Source: Octopus bimaculoides (Eukaryota). From it: a stretch of 63,764 nt of DNA. Shown one piece after another: positions 38,813 to 53,480 of this stretch. Location: NCBI RefSeq assembly GCF_001194135.2, contig NC_068998.1:44333499-44397262 (forward strand), written 5' to 3'. The notes under the pieces are model-generated. The model was not told where the DNA came from. It saw nothing but the letters and a program-made list of their open reading frames with translations, and ran no database searches. The position numbers and the translations under genes are program-made. Within the stretch, counting starts at the first letter, position 1; each line of letters starts with the position of its first letter.

Positions 38813-38854
38813 CTATGGTGTTTTGATTTAGAGGATACTAACTGCAACAGATTC

Positions 38855-38904
<50 letters not shown>

Positions 38905-40609
38905 TCAAACACATGTGCACACAAGTTTTCTTTAGGAAGGAAGACAATACCAATAGGTTATACAAAGCCTCTGAGACTAGTGAGGAGGTGGGAGAAAGAT
39001 ATCCTGAAGCCAAAAACCTGGCCTGAATGCTAGCATCTGACTGAACTCCACTCCCAAGATGCTAGATGGTGGTCTTTAACTGAGTGACCAGTTAAGTCTA
39101 AATCCCATTTGCATATTCTTATTGTACTATAAACCTTTCCTTTAACCTCAGTCCCTTCCTGAGATAGCCCCCTTATTCTTTGACACAAAACATATTGTTT
39201 TAAAATGTTCACATTTAAATTAAAACCTTCCTTCTTGATTTTATGTATTAACATTTTTCAGTTGTGTTCTGCACACCAGCTTCATAATGTGTAAGTTAGT
39301 TATTTCCTTAAGTCACTCCAAATTCTACATAATTATTTTCAAAATTACAGGAAACACATCATGTATTCCACTAGAAAAGGAATCAGAGACGAGTTAAATA
39401 CTTAAGTAAAGAGCTTTTTAACATGATAAATTATTCTGTCCTAAAACTGTTCATTTTAACCAGTACTTTAATGCAATTGACAAGTAAAAGCATGCTATCA
39501 CAGAAATATACAACTTTGTTTACATTATCAGCTCATTAAGAGTGACTTAAAAATGAATATTAACATCACAGCAAACATTTTTTCCATCAATGCCAACAAT
39601 TTCAATCTCCTCATTTTCACTCCCATCACATCACCTACCTTCGTTATATACAATCATTTATCTAAATTAATATTCTTTTCATTAAAACCCAATATTAACT
39701 TATATCGAGGAAATTCAACAGGAATGTTTTTGAAGATTTCTGATTTAAAGTTTTTATTTACATATTGTTTTTCATTCGGTGTAAGTGGAATGGAGAAGAA
39801 GAAGGAAGGTTTTGGCAGAACATGATAATATTGAATAATAAATAATGAGTTCTTAAAATCTTTTGGCCAACTTCAAAGACTTCTATGTATGTTGTCATAT
39901 TCAGACATTTGTTTTATCACCTTTTTATTAATTTTTTTGTTTTAATTTACCTCCTCCAATTCTTATCATACGAATATCAGATAATCTATACACGGCATAA
40001 ATATCAAAAATACTGCTACAAAAATTTCTTCCTTTCTGATGTATAAGCTATCCCTTTATTACTGTTAGCAATTTTTTGACTTTTTTAAAGTTTTCATTCA
40101 TACTGTCACTCTGTGTATCTAGTGATGGGTTTGTTTTCAATATAATATCAATCTTAATACTAAAGATACCAAACACTGAAAAAAAAAAAAAAAAAATTGC
40201 ATATTAAAATAAGTCAGATGTAAAGGCTGCCATCCACAAATTTGCCAAAAATACAAAATAAATATGTAGTGTGGTTGTATGATAAAAAAATGTTCACTTT
40301 ACATCTACATAGTTTTTCATTTGTTCCCTTTATATAGTTCCCTGAGCAAATGTCTTCTACCTCTGCTTGACTAATATTTTGTGATGCTACTGTTAGCCAT
40401 TTCATTAACCTTTCATATCCATCACTCTCTTAGAATTGCTATCTGGACTATTCTCCACTTGTGCTCTTTTTTAGTAATTACATTTACCCTTCTCTACTGC
40501 TATCTATCTTGACCATCGATTATCTATCATTCATTCTTTCTCTCTCTTACCAGCAAATATGTTGTGCCACCAGAGACCCTCTCCCTCTTTCTCTCTTTTT
40601 CTCTCTCCT

Positions 40610-40646
<37 letters not shown>

Positions 40647-41344
40647 TTACACACTGCTATTACTATCTCTTTTCCCTACTCATTCTAAGTGCTGCCTCTT
40701 GCATTTTCCCTGCCTCTTACATACCATCATCCCATCAATCTGTATCATATTTCTTTCATACTCTTGCTTCTTTCTCCATATCCCCCTAGTTACTCTTCTG
40801 CAATTGGCCTCACTTCTACCTGTAATATTGATAATGTTGCCATGTTAAACACAAAAAGATAGAGAACAAATGAAAGGAGAATATGTAGAGTCAAGAGGAA
40901 ATTTCTTTTATTTCTTTTCAAGGACATGTCAACTTCACTGGTGCTGGTGCCACTATAAAATACATCCCATACACTCTGCAAAGTGGTTGGGATTAGGAAA
41001 GGCATCCAGCAAAAAGCAAATGAAGCCACAAAAATGATATTCAAATAAGACTAGGCCTTGTGTTCCATTTGGGGAGGAGAGTAATGCTGAATAAGAAATG
41101 ACTCACCAGAATAGTAACTACAAATCCCAAACATCCAGCTTGGAACATTTCCCACTTTCTGATTTCTTTCTTCTTTCTATCTTTCCAGTTATAACACTCC
41201 AATATACATACAGCAGCACCACTGTGTAAAGAGTCTTCAGGTTCAATTTGGCAGTTTGCATAAAAAGAAAGGAAAAAACAATATCCCATCTAAAAATAAC
41301 ACTAGTTTAAAAACATTTTTCAATATCAACTGGATTATGGCTGG

Positions 41345-41740
41345 TAAATAACAGTTTACTCAAAATAGTCACTCTCAGCTTTCACTACAGTCTCAAGATG
41401 GTTCAGAAACCTGGCACATGTGTTCCTAACTGTGTCTCTAGGAAGATCTTTGAACACTTCCATGATCTTGCCCAATGGTTTGCCTTTGTTGTTGCAGGCA
41501 GCACAGTTGATGTATTTCTCAGCTGCACCCCACACAGAATAATCGATGGGAATTTTAATCATGAGAATTAGGTCAAAAATTGGAGCTGGTGAAGTCATAA
41601 ACATTTTCCATCGACCATTTCTGACTCTTTCCAAAGATATGGCAAAGAACTGAATACTACTGCCATACATATGGCCTACCAACAGCAATCCACTCCAGCC
41701 TGTGATTGACCACAGCTTCCAGCAGCTTTACATAGCCATC
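41345..41740 (-). pseudogene. Tc1/mariner transposase C-terminal remnant (DD37D/maT-like)
   Basis: ORF 41356-41688: PIDYSVWG (decayed SPDLNPxDYxxWG), TVRNTCARFLNHLETVVKAESDYFE* (compare ACxRFxxRLEAVIxAxGxxFE*). Confidence 0.8.
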
Positions 41741-42348
41741 AATGAAAGCTTAAGGAAATGTAGTTTAGCAAATACTAAAATTAATTTTTAAAATTGTATA
41801 AATGTAAATCTCTATAAAGTAGATTATAATATTTTTATAATGAACATGTGGAAACTGTTGTTACATATTAATACCAAGATGAAGTCTTTAATCTCTTGTA
41901 TACACAAGAGAAAATTCTTGCTTAAGCACTGGACAGCCTGCACACATATGCCTTTCATCCAGAAACAGGTTTGAATTTTTGCTTGTAAATTTTTATCAAC
42001 CTAACTTTGTGGACCAACATAGGTCTTATAGGTTTATATGATCAGCCAGGCAAGAACTAGACTCACAGTTTAGAGTGATGAGAACCTGAATAATTTTGGA
42101 TTTCAAATTAGTGATTGTTCCCCTTCTGTCTAAGAAATTTAAAAACATATTTCGTGCTATTTATCTTGACTGACTGTCTTTCTGTCTAACTACTTGTATA
42201 CATGTGTGAAAATTGGCCTCGTTTTGTTATCACATGGTAGTTATGAAAGTGTATCACCATTATACAAATGGTGTCCATCATTCCAAATCTTCTGTGAAAA
42301 ACGTCCAGGCATAGGGAAATATTACCTTGCATGGAATCATATATATAG

Positions 42349-42497
<149 letters not shown>

Positions 42498-42650
42498 CAT
42501 GTATATGTGTCTATATGTATATGTATGCTTAAATGAATGTCTGCATGTATGTATATATGCATATATGCACACACACACATGTATATATACATACAAATAA
42601 GTATATGTGTGTTTTTGTATATACATATGTATATATATATATTTTTTTTT

Positions 42651-42695
<45 letters not shown>

Positions 42696-42825
42696 TCATG
42701 TATGTGTGTATATATGTATACATGTGGACATATGTATATTTATATATATATGTGTGTGTGTGTATCCAATATACCTATTTACATGTATATCTATGCATAC
42801 ATAAACCTATGTACCTATATATATG

Positions 42826-42862
<37 letters not shown>

Positions 42863-43329
42863 ATATATGTGTGTATGCACTCATAGGTACATATTCATAA
42901 AATAAACCATGGGGAATCGTAATTATATTCAGCATAAAATGTTTACTTAATCACTAGGCATTATGTATTAAACGGATAGAAGCACAGCAGTTGATGTGAG
43001 AATATTATTGAGATTTGGTTAAAGATTTTTCTATTTCACTGTGTGTCTGTGCATATGTGTGTGTTCATTTTCACACACACACACACACACACATAGTGTA
43101 AAGACAAAACTAATATAAAAAAAGAATGCACTCATATTGTAAATCACCAAGTAATATTGACTGCTATTTCTACTATTAACTATATTGACCTATCCATCCT
43201 TATATCAATATAATATGTACTCTGTTATCCTGCTGATATATATTTGAAGTTAAAAGACTAAATTTCAACTTTGTTCTTAGTATGTTAATATCATAGGTCG
43301 GAGATAAAGATGATAATGATAATAAAAAT

Positions 43330-43775
43330 AATATTAATAATCCTTTCTGTTAAAGGCACAAGTCCTGAAATTTGGGGGAAGGGGATAGTCGATTCTATCA
43401 TCTGGTACTTATTTCATTAACCCTGAAAGGATGACAGGCAAAGTTGACCTTGGCAGAATTTGAACCCAGAATGTAAAGACAGACGAAATACCACTAAGCA
43501 TTTTGCTTGGCATGCTAATGATTCTGCCAGCTCACTGCCTTAAGAATAACAATAATAATAATGGTTTCAAATTTTGCCTCAAGGGCAGCAATTTTAGGGG
43601 AGAGGATGAGTCAATTACATCGACTCCAGTGTTCACATGATACTTGTTTCTTTGACCTCAAGAGGATGAGAGGCAAATTCAACCTCGGCGGAATTTGAAC
43701 TCAGAACATAAAGTCAGATGAAATGCTGCTAAGCATTTTGCCCAGTGTGCTAACGATTCAGCCAGCTCACTGTTT
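43330..43775 (-). mobile_element. two tandem SINE family D copies
   Basis: Reverse complements of the 15925 element, separated by (AAT)n. Confidence 0.8.
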
Positions 43776-44087
43776 AATAATAATAATAATAATGTTTTGT
43801 TTATTGGCCACAAGGATCTAACAAAACAAACAGGGACAATACATCACAAGGGACTAGTGGGGTTTGGTACAATGTAGAGTATAAAATAAATAACAAAAAC
43901 AATTAACAACAAGGGCAAAGTTTTAATCTGTTTTCTCTCCACATTCCTTTCTGTGGAAGAGTGTAAGTTCAAAATGTCAAAGACTTCCATTTCACCTGAA
44001 TCAAACTAATACATCTTGTTTATTGTTCCTTCACCTGTCTCTATGCTTTATTTATATTTTTTATACGATTTTGAACTGTATATGTTC

Positions 44088-44144
<57 letters not shown>

Positions 44145-44359
44145 NNNNNNNNNNNNNNNNNNNNNNNNNNNNNNNNNNNNNNNNNNNNNNNNNNNNNNNN
44201 NNNNNNNNNNNNNNNNNNNNNNNNNNNNNNNNNNNNNNNNNNNNNNNNNNNNNNNNNNNNNNNNNNNNNNNNNNNNNNNNNNNNNNNNNNNNNNNNNNNN
44301 NNNNNNNNNNNNNNNNNNNNNNNNNNNNNNNNNNNNNNNNNNNNNNNNNNNNNNNNNNN

Positions 44360-44402
<43 letters not shown>

Positions 44403-45264
44403 ATTATATATATATATATATAGACTCACATACATGCATACATACATACATATGTGTGTATATATATATACATGTGTGTGTGTATATATATATGTTTGTG
44501 TATGCGTGCATTGATTTTCACCCTTATTGAATACTTCATGAAACTGGATGTCTTGTATAAAGAACCTAAAGATATATATATATGTCAATAGAGTTTGATT
44601 TCTTCCTCAGTTTTTTCTTTTCAATATAAAGATTATTATTTCTTCCCTGACATATCCTTCCCCTTCAAAGATATTATTCAGTCTACATACTTATGTCGTA
44701 TAGGATTAAATGAAAGACACGTATGACAGTATCTCTACTTAGTTTAACACTTGTCCATAGGATTGTGTCAGTTCCTCACCTGTATTTGTCCCAGCCTCTG
44801 TCTTCTACTGTTTCTTTGTCTGCTTCGGTCCATGGAGCTGTATGTAGGTACCATGATGAGGTAAACCCTGATGCAGTAAGCAGAGTTGTTTAATAATAAA
44901 TGTCTTGATTACTTGTAACTCAAGTGTCTACATAGCTGTTGAGCAAGCTGCCATGGTTCTCCAACACTGAGCTTCAGGCATTAATCTAAATCTTAGTTCA
45001 CCTTTGTGGAGACTGGCCCTTCATTTTTGTCTGATTGCAGATGGAAGGAGTCATTTATATGCTCGCGCGCGCACACACACACACACACAAGAGCAAACAC
45101 ATGAACACACATATATAATGTACAGTTCTATTGTTGATAGAATCAGCAACAAAAGTATACCATCCAGTGAGTGGTAAATATCATTTAATATACACAACAC
45201 TGCAATATTATCAGAGGCATGAAACTTACATTAGCTTGCATTTAGATCCCTTGTATATTGAATT

Positions 45265-45470
45265 CAAATTTTGGCACAAAGCCAGCAATTTCAAGGAGGA
45301 AGCGAGTCAATTACATCAGCCTCAGTGCTCAACAGGTACTTATTTTATCAACCCTGAAACAATGAAAGGGGACACTGACCTTGGTAGAATTTGAGCTCGG
45401 AATGTATGTAAAGAGGAAATGCTGCTAAGCATTTTGCCTGGCATGCAAATAATACTGCCAGTTTGCTAGC
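45265..45470 (-). mobile_element. SINE family D, diverged
   Basis: Core homology to 15925-16154. Confidence 0.7.
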
Positions 45471-45542
45471 TTAGATCCTTTGTATATTAAATTACATAGC
45501 TACATAGATAGATAGACCGAGAGATAGACAGACATATACATA

Positions 45543-45957
45543 TTACTCTTTTACTCTTTTACTTGTTTCAGTCTTTTGACTGTGGCCATGCTGGAGCACC
45601 GCCTTTTTTAGTCGAGCAAATCGACCCCAGGACTTATTCTTTAGAAGCCTAGTACTTATTCTATCGATCTCTTTTGCTGAACCGCTAAGTTACGGGGACA
45701 TAAACACACCAGCATCGGTTGTCAAGCGATGTTGGGGGGACAAACACACACATACAAACATACACACACACATACATATATATATACATATATACGACGG
45801 GCTTCTTTCAGTTTCCGTCTACCAAATCCACTCACAAGGCTTTGGTCGGCCCGAGGCTATAGTAGAAAACACTTGCCCAAGATGCCGCGCAGTGGGACTG
45901 AACCCGGAACCATGTGGTTGGTAAGCAAGCTACTTACCACACAGCCACTCCTACGCC
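45543..45957 (-). mobile_element. young full-length SINE family A
   Basis: Complete from GGCGTAGGAGTGGC head to (TAAAAGAG)n tail; CpGs intact. Confidence 0.93.
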
Positions 45958-46780
45958 TATTTGTATATGTTTGCGTGTGAGTGTGTTTGTAGTTCGTGTT
46001 ACCGCTTATCTTCAGTTTGTTCACTAGTTGTAAACAATGAACTCACAAGAAAATGGTGCCATTTTCTAGCAATTCACTGTGAAAGCATGTCCATCTTCCT
46101 TGCCAGAGCTAGTCATGTTGCAAAAATTTTGTAAGCAAAGGGCTCATTCAAACGGTGTCATTTCTTTTCAGTTCTATGCATAACCATGTTCAGACTTTTT
46201 ATTGTTCAATAGGCTGTAAGATTATTACTCCACCTGGAAACAGGCAGTTATTGAGATCAGCAAGGGCATCCAGCTATAGACAATTTTGCCTAAACTGGTG
46301 TAAACCATGCAAGTATAGAATAGTAACATATACATCTTCTTGATCTACTACATTTGGAAGGGTTATTGGGTAGAGTCCCCAAGTACGTCTATCATAGGGT
46401 CCTATCAGAAGCAGCTGTCATAAGTCTTTATGGCTAGATTCCAAAGTATAACCAATTGAGACTATAGATATAATCCAAATATTATATTTTTGGTGTATCC
46501 ATACATCTACTGGTTGGCTTGGCTAGGCTTGAAGAATTTGTCTTCCAATTGTTTCTTGTGACATTGTAATTACATGACTCTTGTACTGTAACCTCCCAAT
46601 ATATCTGTGTGCGTGTGCATGTGTGTTGTGCTGATTTAAATTTAACATATCATTACTAAGTTATTTCTGTTTGTCAACCATTTCATATTTTGATTACCTG
46701 AGTTCAAATTAGAACTCATTTACATTCTAAAGTTCCTCATTATCATGTTTGTTTTGAATTCCAAATCAACAACTGTTTTC

Positions 46781-46840
46781 TAAAAACCACACCCACTTCC
46801 TTTAAGCCACACCCACTTCCTTAAAACCACACCCATCTTC
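46781..46840. repeat. 3 x 20-bp tandem repeat with CCACACCC and ACTTCC
   Basis: TAAAAACCACACCCACTTCC / TTTAAGCCACACCCACTTCC / TTAAAACCACACCCATCTTC. Confidence 0.9.
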
Positions 46841-47149
46841 ATAGACCTTACACATATTTAGCATGATGATGGCCGTTTTCTTTTCCAGTTTTTATTTCAT
46901 ATCCATTTGCCTTTGTCTTTCTTCTTTATTTTCATTTTAGCTTTGGTACCTATAAATTAAAAAATTTTTCATATGCCTATCGAAATGTTGAAACAAACAA
47001 TGCATGTGATGTGACATTCCGAGAATGTGAAAGTTTTTTGGTTTCTTTTTACATAATTACAACTCGAGTTCTCTATGAATTTTCTATTAATTGATTCCTT
47101 ACACACACACAGATACACATATATGTATATATATATGTATATATATATG

Positions 47150-47452
47150 ATGGACTCTCCCATTGAAGATGATGTATGAGTGTTCAGCTTTTAACCAAAC
47201 GACCTCCACAAATGATGATTTGTTTATAACGATCAAACTAATGTGCTGCACATTAGGTCACCCCCTCTACCAAATCAACATTACCTGAACAGGTGCACAA
47301 TGCACCACAGGTCAGGTGTCAAAATGATCGCAGAGCAACGTGAGATTAAGTATTTTGCTGAAGAACACAATGTACCACCCAGTCTAGGAATTGAAACCAA
47401 GATCTCACAATCACGAGTACAGCACTCTAAACACTAGGTCATATGCCCTCAC
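47150..47452 (-). mobile_element. tRNA-derived SINE (family H, shares C/F head and core)
   Basis: Minus-strand head GTGAGGGCATATGACCTAGTG...GGTTTCAATTCC and core GTGTTCTTCAGCAAAATACTT. Confidence 0.7.
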
Positions 47453-50400
47453 AAATACATACAAACATACCTTCATACAAATATACATACATAAATACAT
47501 ACATGCATACACACACACATACATGTATTGAAATCTTCTATCAATATTATTAGATCATTATTGAACCATCATCTTTAAGTTAGTCAGTGTCATTCTATGA
47601 TACATGTTTCCTTACAAAATTGCGTAGAAGTCACGTATTCGGAAGACAGGTTGATGGTTACAACAGTGAATAGATAAGAGCACAACGCTGATTCGTAACT
47701 CATTACAGACTTGAAAGCCTTTGCAGCTCCATCTTAGAATATCATGTCTCTTGTGAGAATGTTACATGATGTTTCTATTATGCAATGCCGGGAAACCGAG
47801 ATTAAAAATTGAGACAGAATCAGAATGTAGCACAGCTGAAAGCCTACACACTACACATTAAACTAAATCTTTCTATTAAATTTACAAATGTACAACTAGC
47901 AGGTTTACTTTAAATTGTACTTACATAATTAGTGACTTGTCTCATTAAGAGGATATCTCGTAGCAACTTTAATCTTGCATCTCATTTCCCATGTATTATG
48001 TCATTTCTTTTGTATGGTTCATGATGACATGTCTGACCAATTATTGTCAATGAATGTAATTTAAATGACATAATGAAGTTTTTCTTCAGCTAATTGGCAA
48101 AGTCGTTAGAGTGTTGAATAGGATACCTTATGTTATTTGTTTCTTCTGGCTGCTTTTGCTTTGAGTTCAAATCTAACTGAGGTCAACTTTGACTTCAATC
48201 TTTACAGAGCCAATGTATTAATTACCAGTCCAGTATAGATAATTAGCAGAATTGTTAAATAATTGGACGAGATGATTTGTAAAATCTGTTCTGCCATTTA
48301 CCATATTGAGTTCAAAATATAACTCCTACCACAGGCCTGATTGTGACAGGAAATGGGGCCTTTGGATCCTAACTGAAGTGATAGACCACCAATATAAGAT
48401 AAAGTGATAGAATGCCAATTGGTGCCAACATCTTGGATAATCAATAAACTTAGAATATCAGATAAATGCTAAGACAGAAAAAGAGATGAAGTCTTTCTTT
48501 AACAGGAAAGTATCTTAGATAGGAAGAGAGGAAAGCAGGAGTGAAACCAATCAATATAAATATACAATGTCAATCAGGGCCAATGAGGAAGCCTTCACGC
48601 AGCTGCTTGTCTTGCTTGAAATAGCAGTTAAATTTCTTCCAGACCACATTGTACCATTTTAGGAAAGAGCATATTAGAATGATAGAGTTTCAAATACATT
48701 TACATGAAATGAAAATGAGATGGTCAAGGCTGGAATGGTTTTGGTTATAGGTCTGTTAGATCAAAGTTAGTCTGTAGATAAATAACAATAAAATATGAAG
48801 TTACTTGCATTGTTTTTACATCATATATGCTTGTTATCAGTATTGCCATTGTTGCTGTACCTACCTTTGCAGTAGCTTTTGTAGTAGAAGTAGTAGCTGC
48901 TGTGGTAGTGGGCGGAAAAGGAAGCACAGGCAGAGTGGTAGTAATAGTTCTGTTAAACGCAGATCTTGTCATTCATGTAGTTCACTGATCAAACTTCAGG
49001 GAAGAGTACCATAGATTTTGCTGCTCAGAGTTGAACAAGAAAAAGTTAATTAGAAACATTTATATGATGGAAAAAAAAAAACATTTTCTCAATGGTTAGA
49101 ATTATTTCAATTTATCCAACATGTATAGGAGGCAATTATGGACATGTTTCACTTCTATTCTAACTTCTTCAGCAAGACTGCCTAGATAATTGTGCAATTT
49201 TGTACATTTGTTCATGCACAAAATAAACTGTTTAAAAACCAAATAATTCAAAGATACCATTGCACATGTAGAAAAGAAAAAAGAAAAGCAGTAAATTAGT
49301 GTGAACATGATTAATGCTGGAAGCATTAAAAGATATCAACTAAGATTAAATTTACTATCAGGAAAATTTTTTTACTAACCAAGGATGAATATTTGCATTT
49401 CCCTCGTCAAGTAAAGGAGAAATTACTGGACATTTTCCATTCTCATTTCAATTTTTTCTAAAAAACATGGTATCTAATATACATACTCAAGAATTAATTT
49501 CTAGACAATTTCATTTCCCTGCACCAGCAAATATGCAATTTTTAACATTTATTTTGGAAGAGCATGGTCATATGTTGTGCACTTCATTTTAAAGGCTTTG
49601 CAGGGATCTATAATTTAATGCTCAAGCTCTCTGCTTGTGTGCCTTGCGTGCCTTCCTTCCTATAGCAGAAACAGCTATAAGCCAATGAAGTTGACTACAT
49701 AATTTCTGCTCCCTTGTTATTCCATTAATTCTTGCATGCATATATGTATGTGATCATCATCATCATTTAACATCCATTGTCACTGCTTAGCAGATACATA
49801 AATACATACATATATTTATGTATGTGTGTGTGTGAACGAACATGTGACCAAAGTAAGCTACAGTTTTTCAAGCCCTTCGCTGTGGACATAACAGTTGTAA
49901 ATGCATCAAGTTATTTTTTTCTGTAATACACAGAGAACCAACAGAAATTATGCTGATCTGTTTCATATCTCATTGGCTTCTCATCAAGGGACAAGTACTC
50001 TTCAGCTTCCTAGCCACTCTTAGAATTTTTAGCAATTCCTATTTAAAGCACACACAAACCTGAATTTACTCTATAATAGTTAGACTATCTTTTATTTTGG
50101 GCTTCACCTGTAGCATGATTAAATATTTAATATACAGTTTATGCATAATATATGTGTGAGTGCTTGTTGTGTTTGCATGTGTATCCATACACACACTAAC
50201 ACATATTACATATATATACACAAACATATATAATATATGCATTTAGTTCTTCCTCCTGGCACACACACAAGCACACCCACATGCATGCATAGACAGATGT
50301 TCCTTACTTTTCTGTGTTTCCACAATCACATATATTTAAAATCACTAAAGATCACGAAGTTACATTTAATTAAAATAGTTATGCATCATAAAAGTTATCT

Positions 50401-50628
50401 GACGATAGGGTGTCCATGTTGTTGCCTGACCTGCTAGCAATAGCATTCAGATTTTCTTCACGTTGTATTCTACCATCTTAAAAATGGAAGAAAACATTTG
50501 ATCAAAGCTGGAACCAATTCATAACTCATCTCAATCAAATTCAAAACCCTCGCTTCTCTTCAGCACATATATTGTATTTTTATCTATCTATCTGTCTGTC
50601 TCTCTCTTTATAAATATATATATATATG

Positions 50629-50664
<36 letters not shown>

Positions 50665-50907
50665 GTTTCTTTATTAGCCACACAGGGCTGAACACAGAGG
50701 GGACAAGTTACAAAATAGAGCTTTTCTTTTTGGGGAGGAGAAGGAAGGGAAAAAAAGGGTGGGATAGGTTTTTCGATCAATAGAGACCAGATAGATAGAT
50801 GGATGGAGGGATGGAGGGATGGATCTGGTCCAACCCATGCCAGCATAGACAATGGATGTTAAAGAATGAGGATAATGATGATGATATCTATCTATCTATC
50901 TATCTAT

Positions 50908-51060
50908 TTGAGTGGTTGTCTGGTAAGAAGCTTGCTTCCAAAACCACTTGGTTCCAGGTTCAGTCCCACCATGTGGCACCTTGGGCAAGTTTTTTCTATT
51001 TTAACCTTAGGATAACCAAAGGGTTGTGAGTGGATTTGGTTAACAGAAACTGAAAGAAGT

Positions 51061-51097
<37 letters not shown>

Positions 51098-51240
51098 TAA
51101 ATATATATATACAACAGGCATCTTTCAGTTTCCCTCTACCAAATCCACTTACAAGGCTTCGGTTTGACCCAAGGTGCCATGCATTGGGACTGAACCCAAA
51201 ACCATGTGGTTGGGAAGCAAGCTTCCTACCACACAGCCAT
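50908..51240. mobile_element. inverted pair of SINE family A 5' halves
   Basis: Plus copy 50908-51062, (TA)n spacer, minus copy 51113-51240. Confidence 0.85.
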
Positions 51241-51269
51241 TACTATCTATCTATCTCTCTATCAAACTA

Positions 51270-51359
<90 letters not shown>

Positions 51360-52887
51360 CATATATGTATACATACATATATTGTTGTATTTCAGTATGG
51401 TATTTTTTTCTTTTTTTTTTACCTAATAAGCACATGCATTATTTTATTCATTGTTCACTCGTTTATTACTGTTTGTATTCAAACTCGTGTCCATTGTCCA
51501 GAAATTGTTCATCACATATCTGTGACCTCTTCAGCAACAGTTTACATCTTCGTGTGTGCACTTGTTCTGCTAGTTCCTTTCTCATACATATGTGTGCGTG
51601 TGTGTGTACATACTTATGTACATGTGTATGTGTGTCTACATATTTATGTACATATGTGTGTTTAATTGTAGATTATATAAACAGCTACATGTCTAAATTT
51701 ATAGAGAACTATATCTTTACACTAATTATGACCTGGAAGAGTGCTCAATATTAGAAACATGGATATAATAATTAATCCTGTTTGTTTATTTCACAGTGTC
51801 TTTTAATTTCTTTTGCTTGTTAATCTTAATTAAAAGTTCAGATGGTGCAGCTGACGAGTGTAATCTCGTTTGAATGATCCTTTCAAATCCCCCTCTGCTC
51901 CTGTCTATCTGTCTGTCTTCCTTTTTAACTCTCATCTTTATCATTTACTTTCATCTTCTTCTTTCCCTCACACTCTCACTCTTTGTCTCTAACTCATGTT
52001 ATTACTTTCTCTTTTTAGTATCTCTCACTGATGTACTCTCTTTTTCTCTAATATCTGTCATTCCCACATAACCTCTCCATCTCCTCCACTCCCTCATTCT
52101 CTCACTCCACCTTTTTTTTTTTTTCTGTATGTCATTATCTCACATTGTTTCTTATTCACACATCACACATGCATTCATTCACTTTCACTTTTACTTCTTC
52201 TACTTCTTTTTCTTTGTCTTGGTTCCTCTCTTCCTCCTCTCTATCCATCTCTGAATACCATATCAATTCACCTCTTTTCCAAATTCTGAAAAGAAATTTG
52301 TCAGATCTACCAGAAATACATCTCTCTCTCTCTATCTCTCTCTCAAAGTAAACAAAATATATACATATGTTTGCTTTATTCTTATATCCACCATCACCAC
52401 CACCACTACTAACTTTCAAACATTTCTAACTTAATACATATTTTTTCATACTTTTATTTTCTCTTTCATTTGAAATCATGCAAGCTGTAAAAATAATAAT
52501 AATAATCACAACAACAACAACAACAACAACAACAATAATGATAATAATAAATACCTACCCAATAAGAAGAGGAAGAAGGTGACTCTGTATTTAGACATTT
52601 ATATATTTAACAGCTAGCGTTCTGAAGCAGTAGAAGTCTATATACGTGCATATTTCTAGACGGCCTGATCTGAAGAAGCAAGTTATTCAGGCTAACGTTG
52701 CCAATATTCTTCAATGCTGCCAATAAAATGGAAAACATTTCATCTCATGCTGATAATATATAAGTTATAACTGATCAATTTAGAATTAAACAAATAAAAC
52801 TATCACAAAGCAATACAACAACAACAACATTGTCTAAAACGGTTGAAAAACTTCACACATTCCCTTTTCTACTATCTCTCTCTCCAC

Positions 52888-52919
<32 letters not shown>

Positions 52920-52949
52920 ACATATGAGCATTTATATATATATATACAC

Positions 52950-53038
<89 letters not shown>

Positions 53039-53093
53039 TGTACACACATACAGACACATACATATATGCACACTATCTTTCATTCACTATGGG

Positions 53094-53142
<49 letters not shown>

Positions 53143-53234
53143 CCTTTCCTATTATCATTCTCATGTTTCTTTTGGGAAATGATACCCCATCTTTTTTATT
53201 TTTGCATGTCTATCACCATCATCATCCTCATCAT

Positions 53235-53480
53235 CATCATTTTTTCCATGCTTGAACAGATTCCATGGAACTTCTCCAGCATAATGTCTGACCACTTGTT
53301 GCAGTCCAGAGATCTTTCGACATTTCTTCTTGTATTTCTCTCAGTCTTTCTTCTTCGACAGCTTCCTGCTCCATGGATCATTTGCTACTTCTTCCAGTAA
53401 CTGTCATTCCACCCACACTCACACCCATGCATATGACATCTCCATATAAACCGTGTCTTCTTTCTTGCATGTTACAGTTA
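53235..53480 (-). pseudogene. decayed RTE LINE ORF2 C-terminus
   Basis: Minus frames FIWRCHM (compare LRWYGHV) and [13 protein letters not shown]...VERSL (compare GxRGRGRPRKTW..V..DL). Confidence 0.45.

Noticed and set aside
44850-44970. C/D-box snoRNA (ATGATGA...CTGA)
   Set aside because: No terminal stem or recognisable guide; the motifs are expected by chance.
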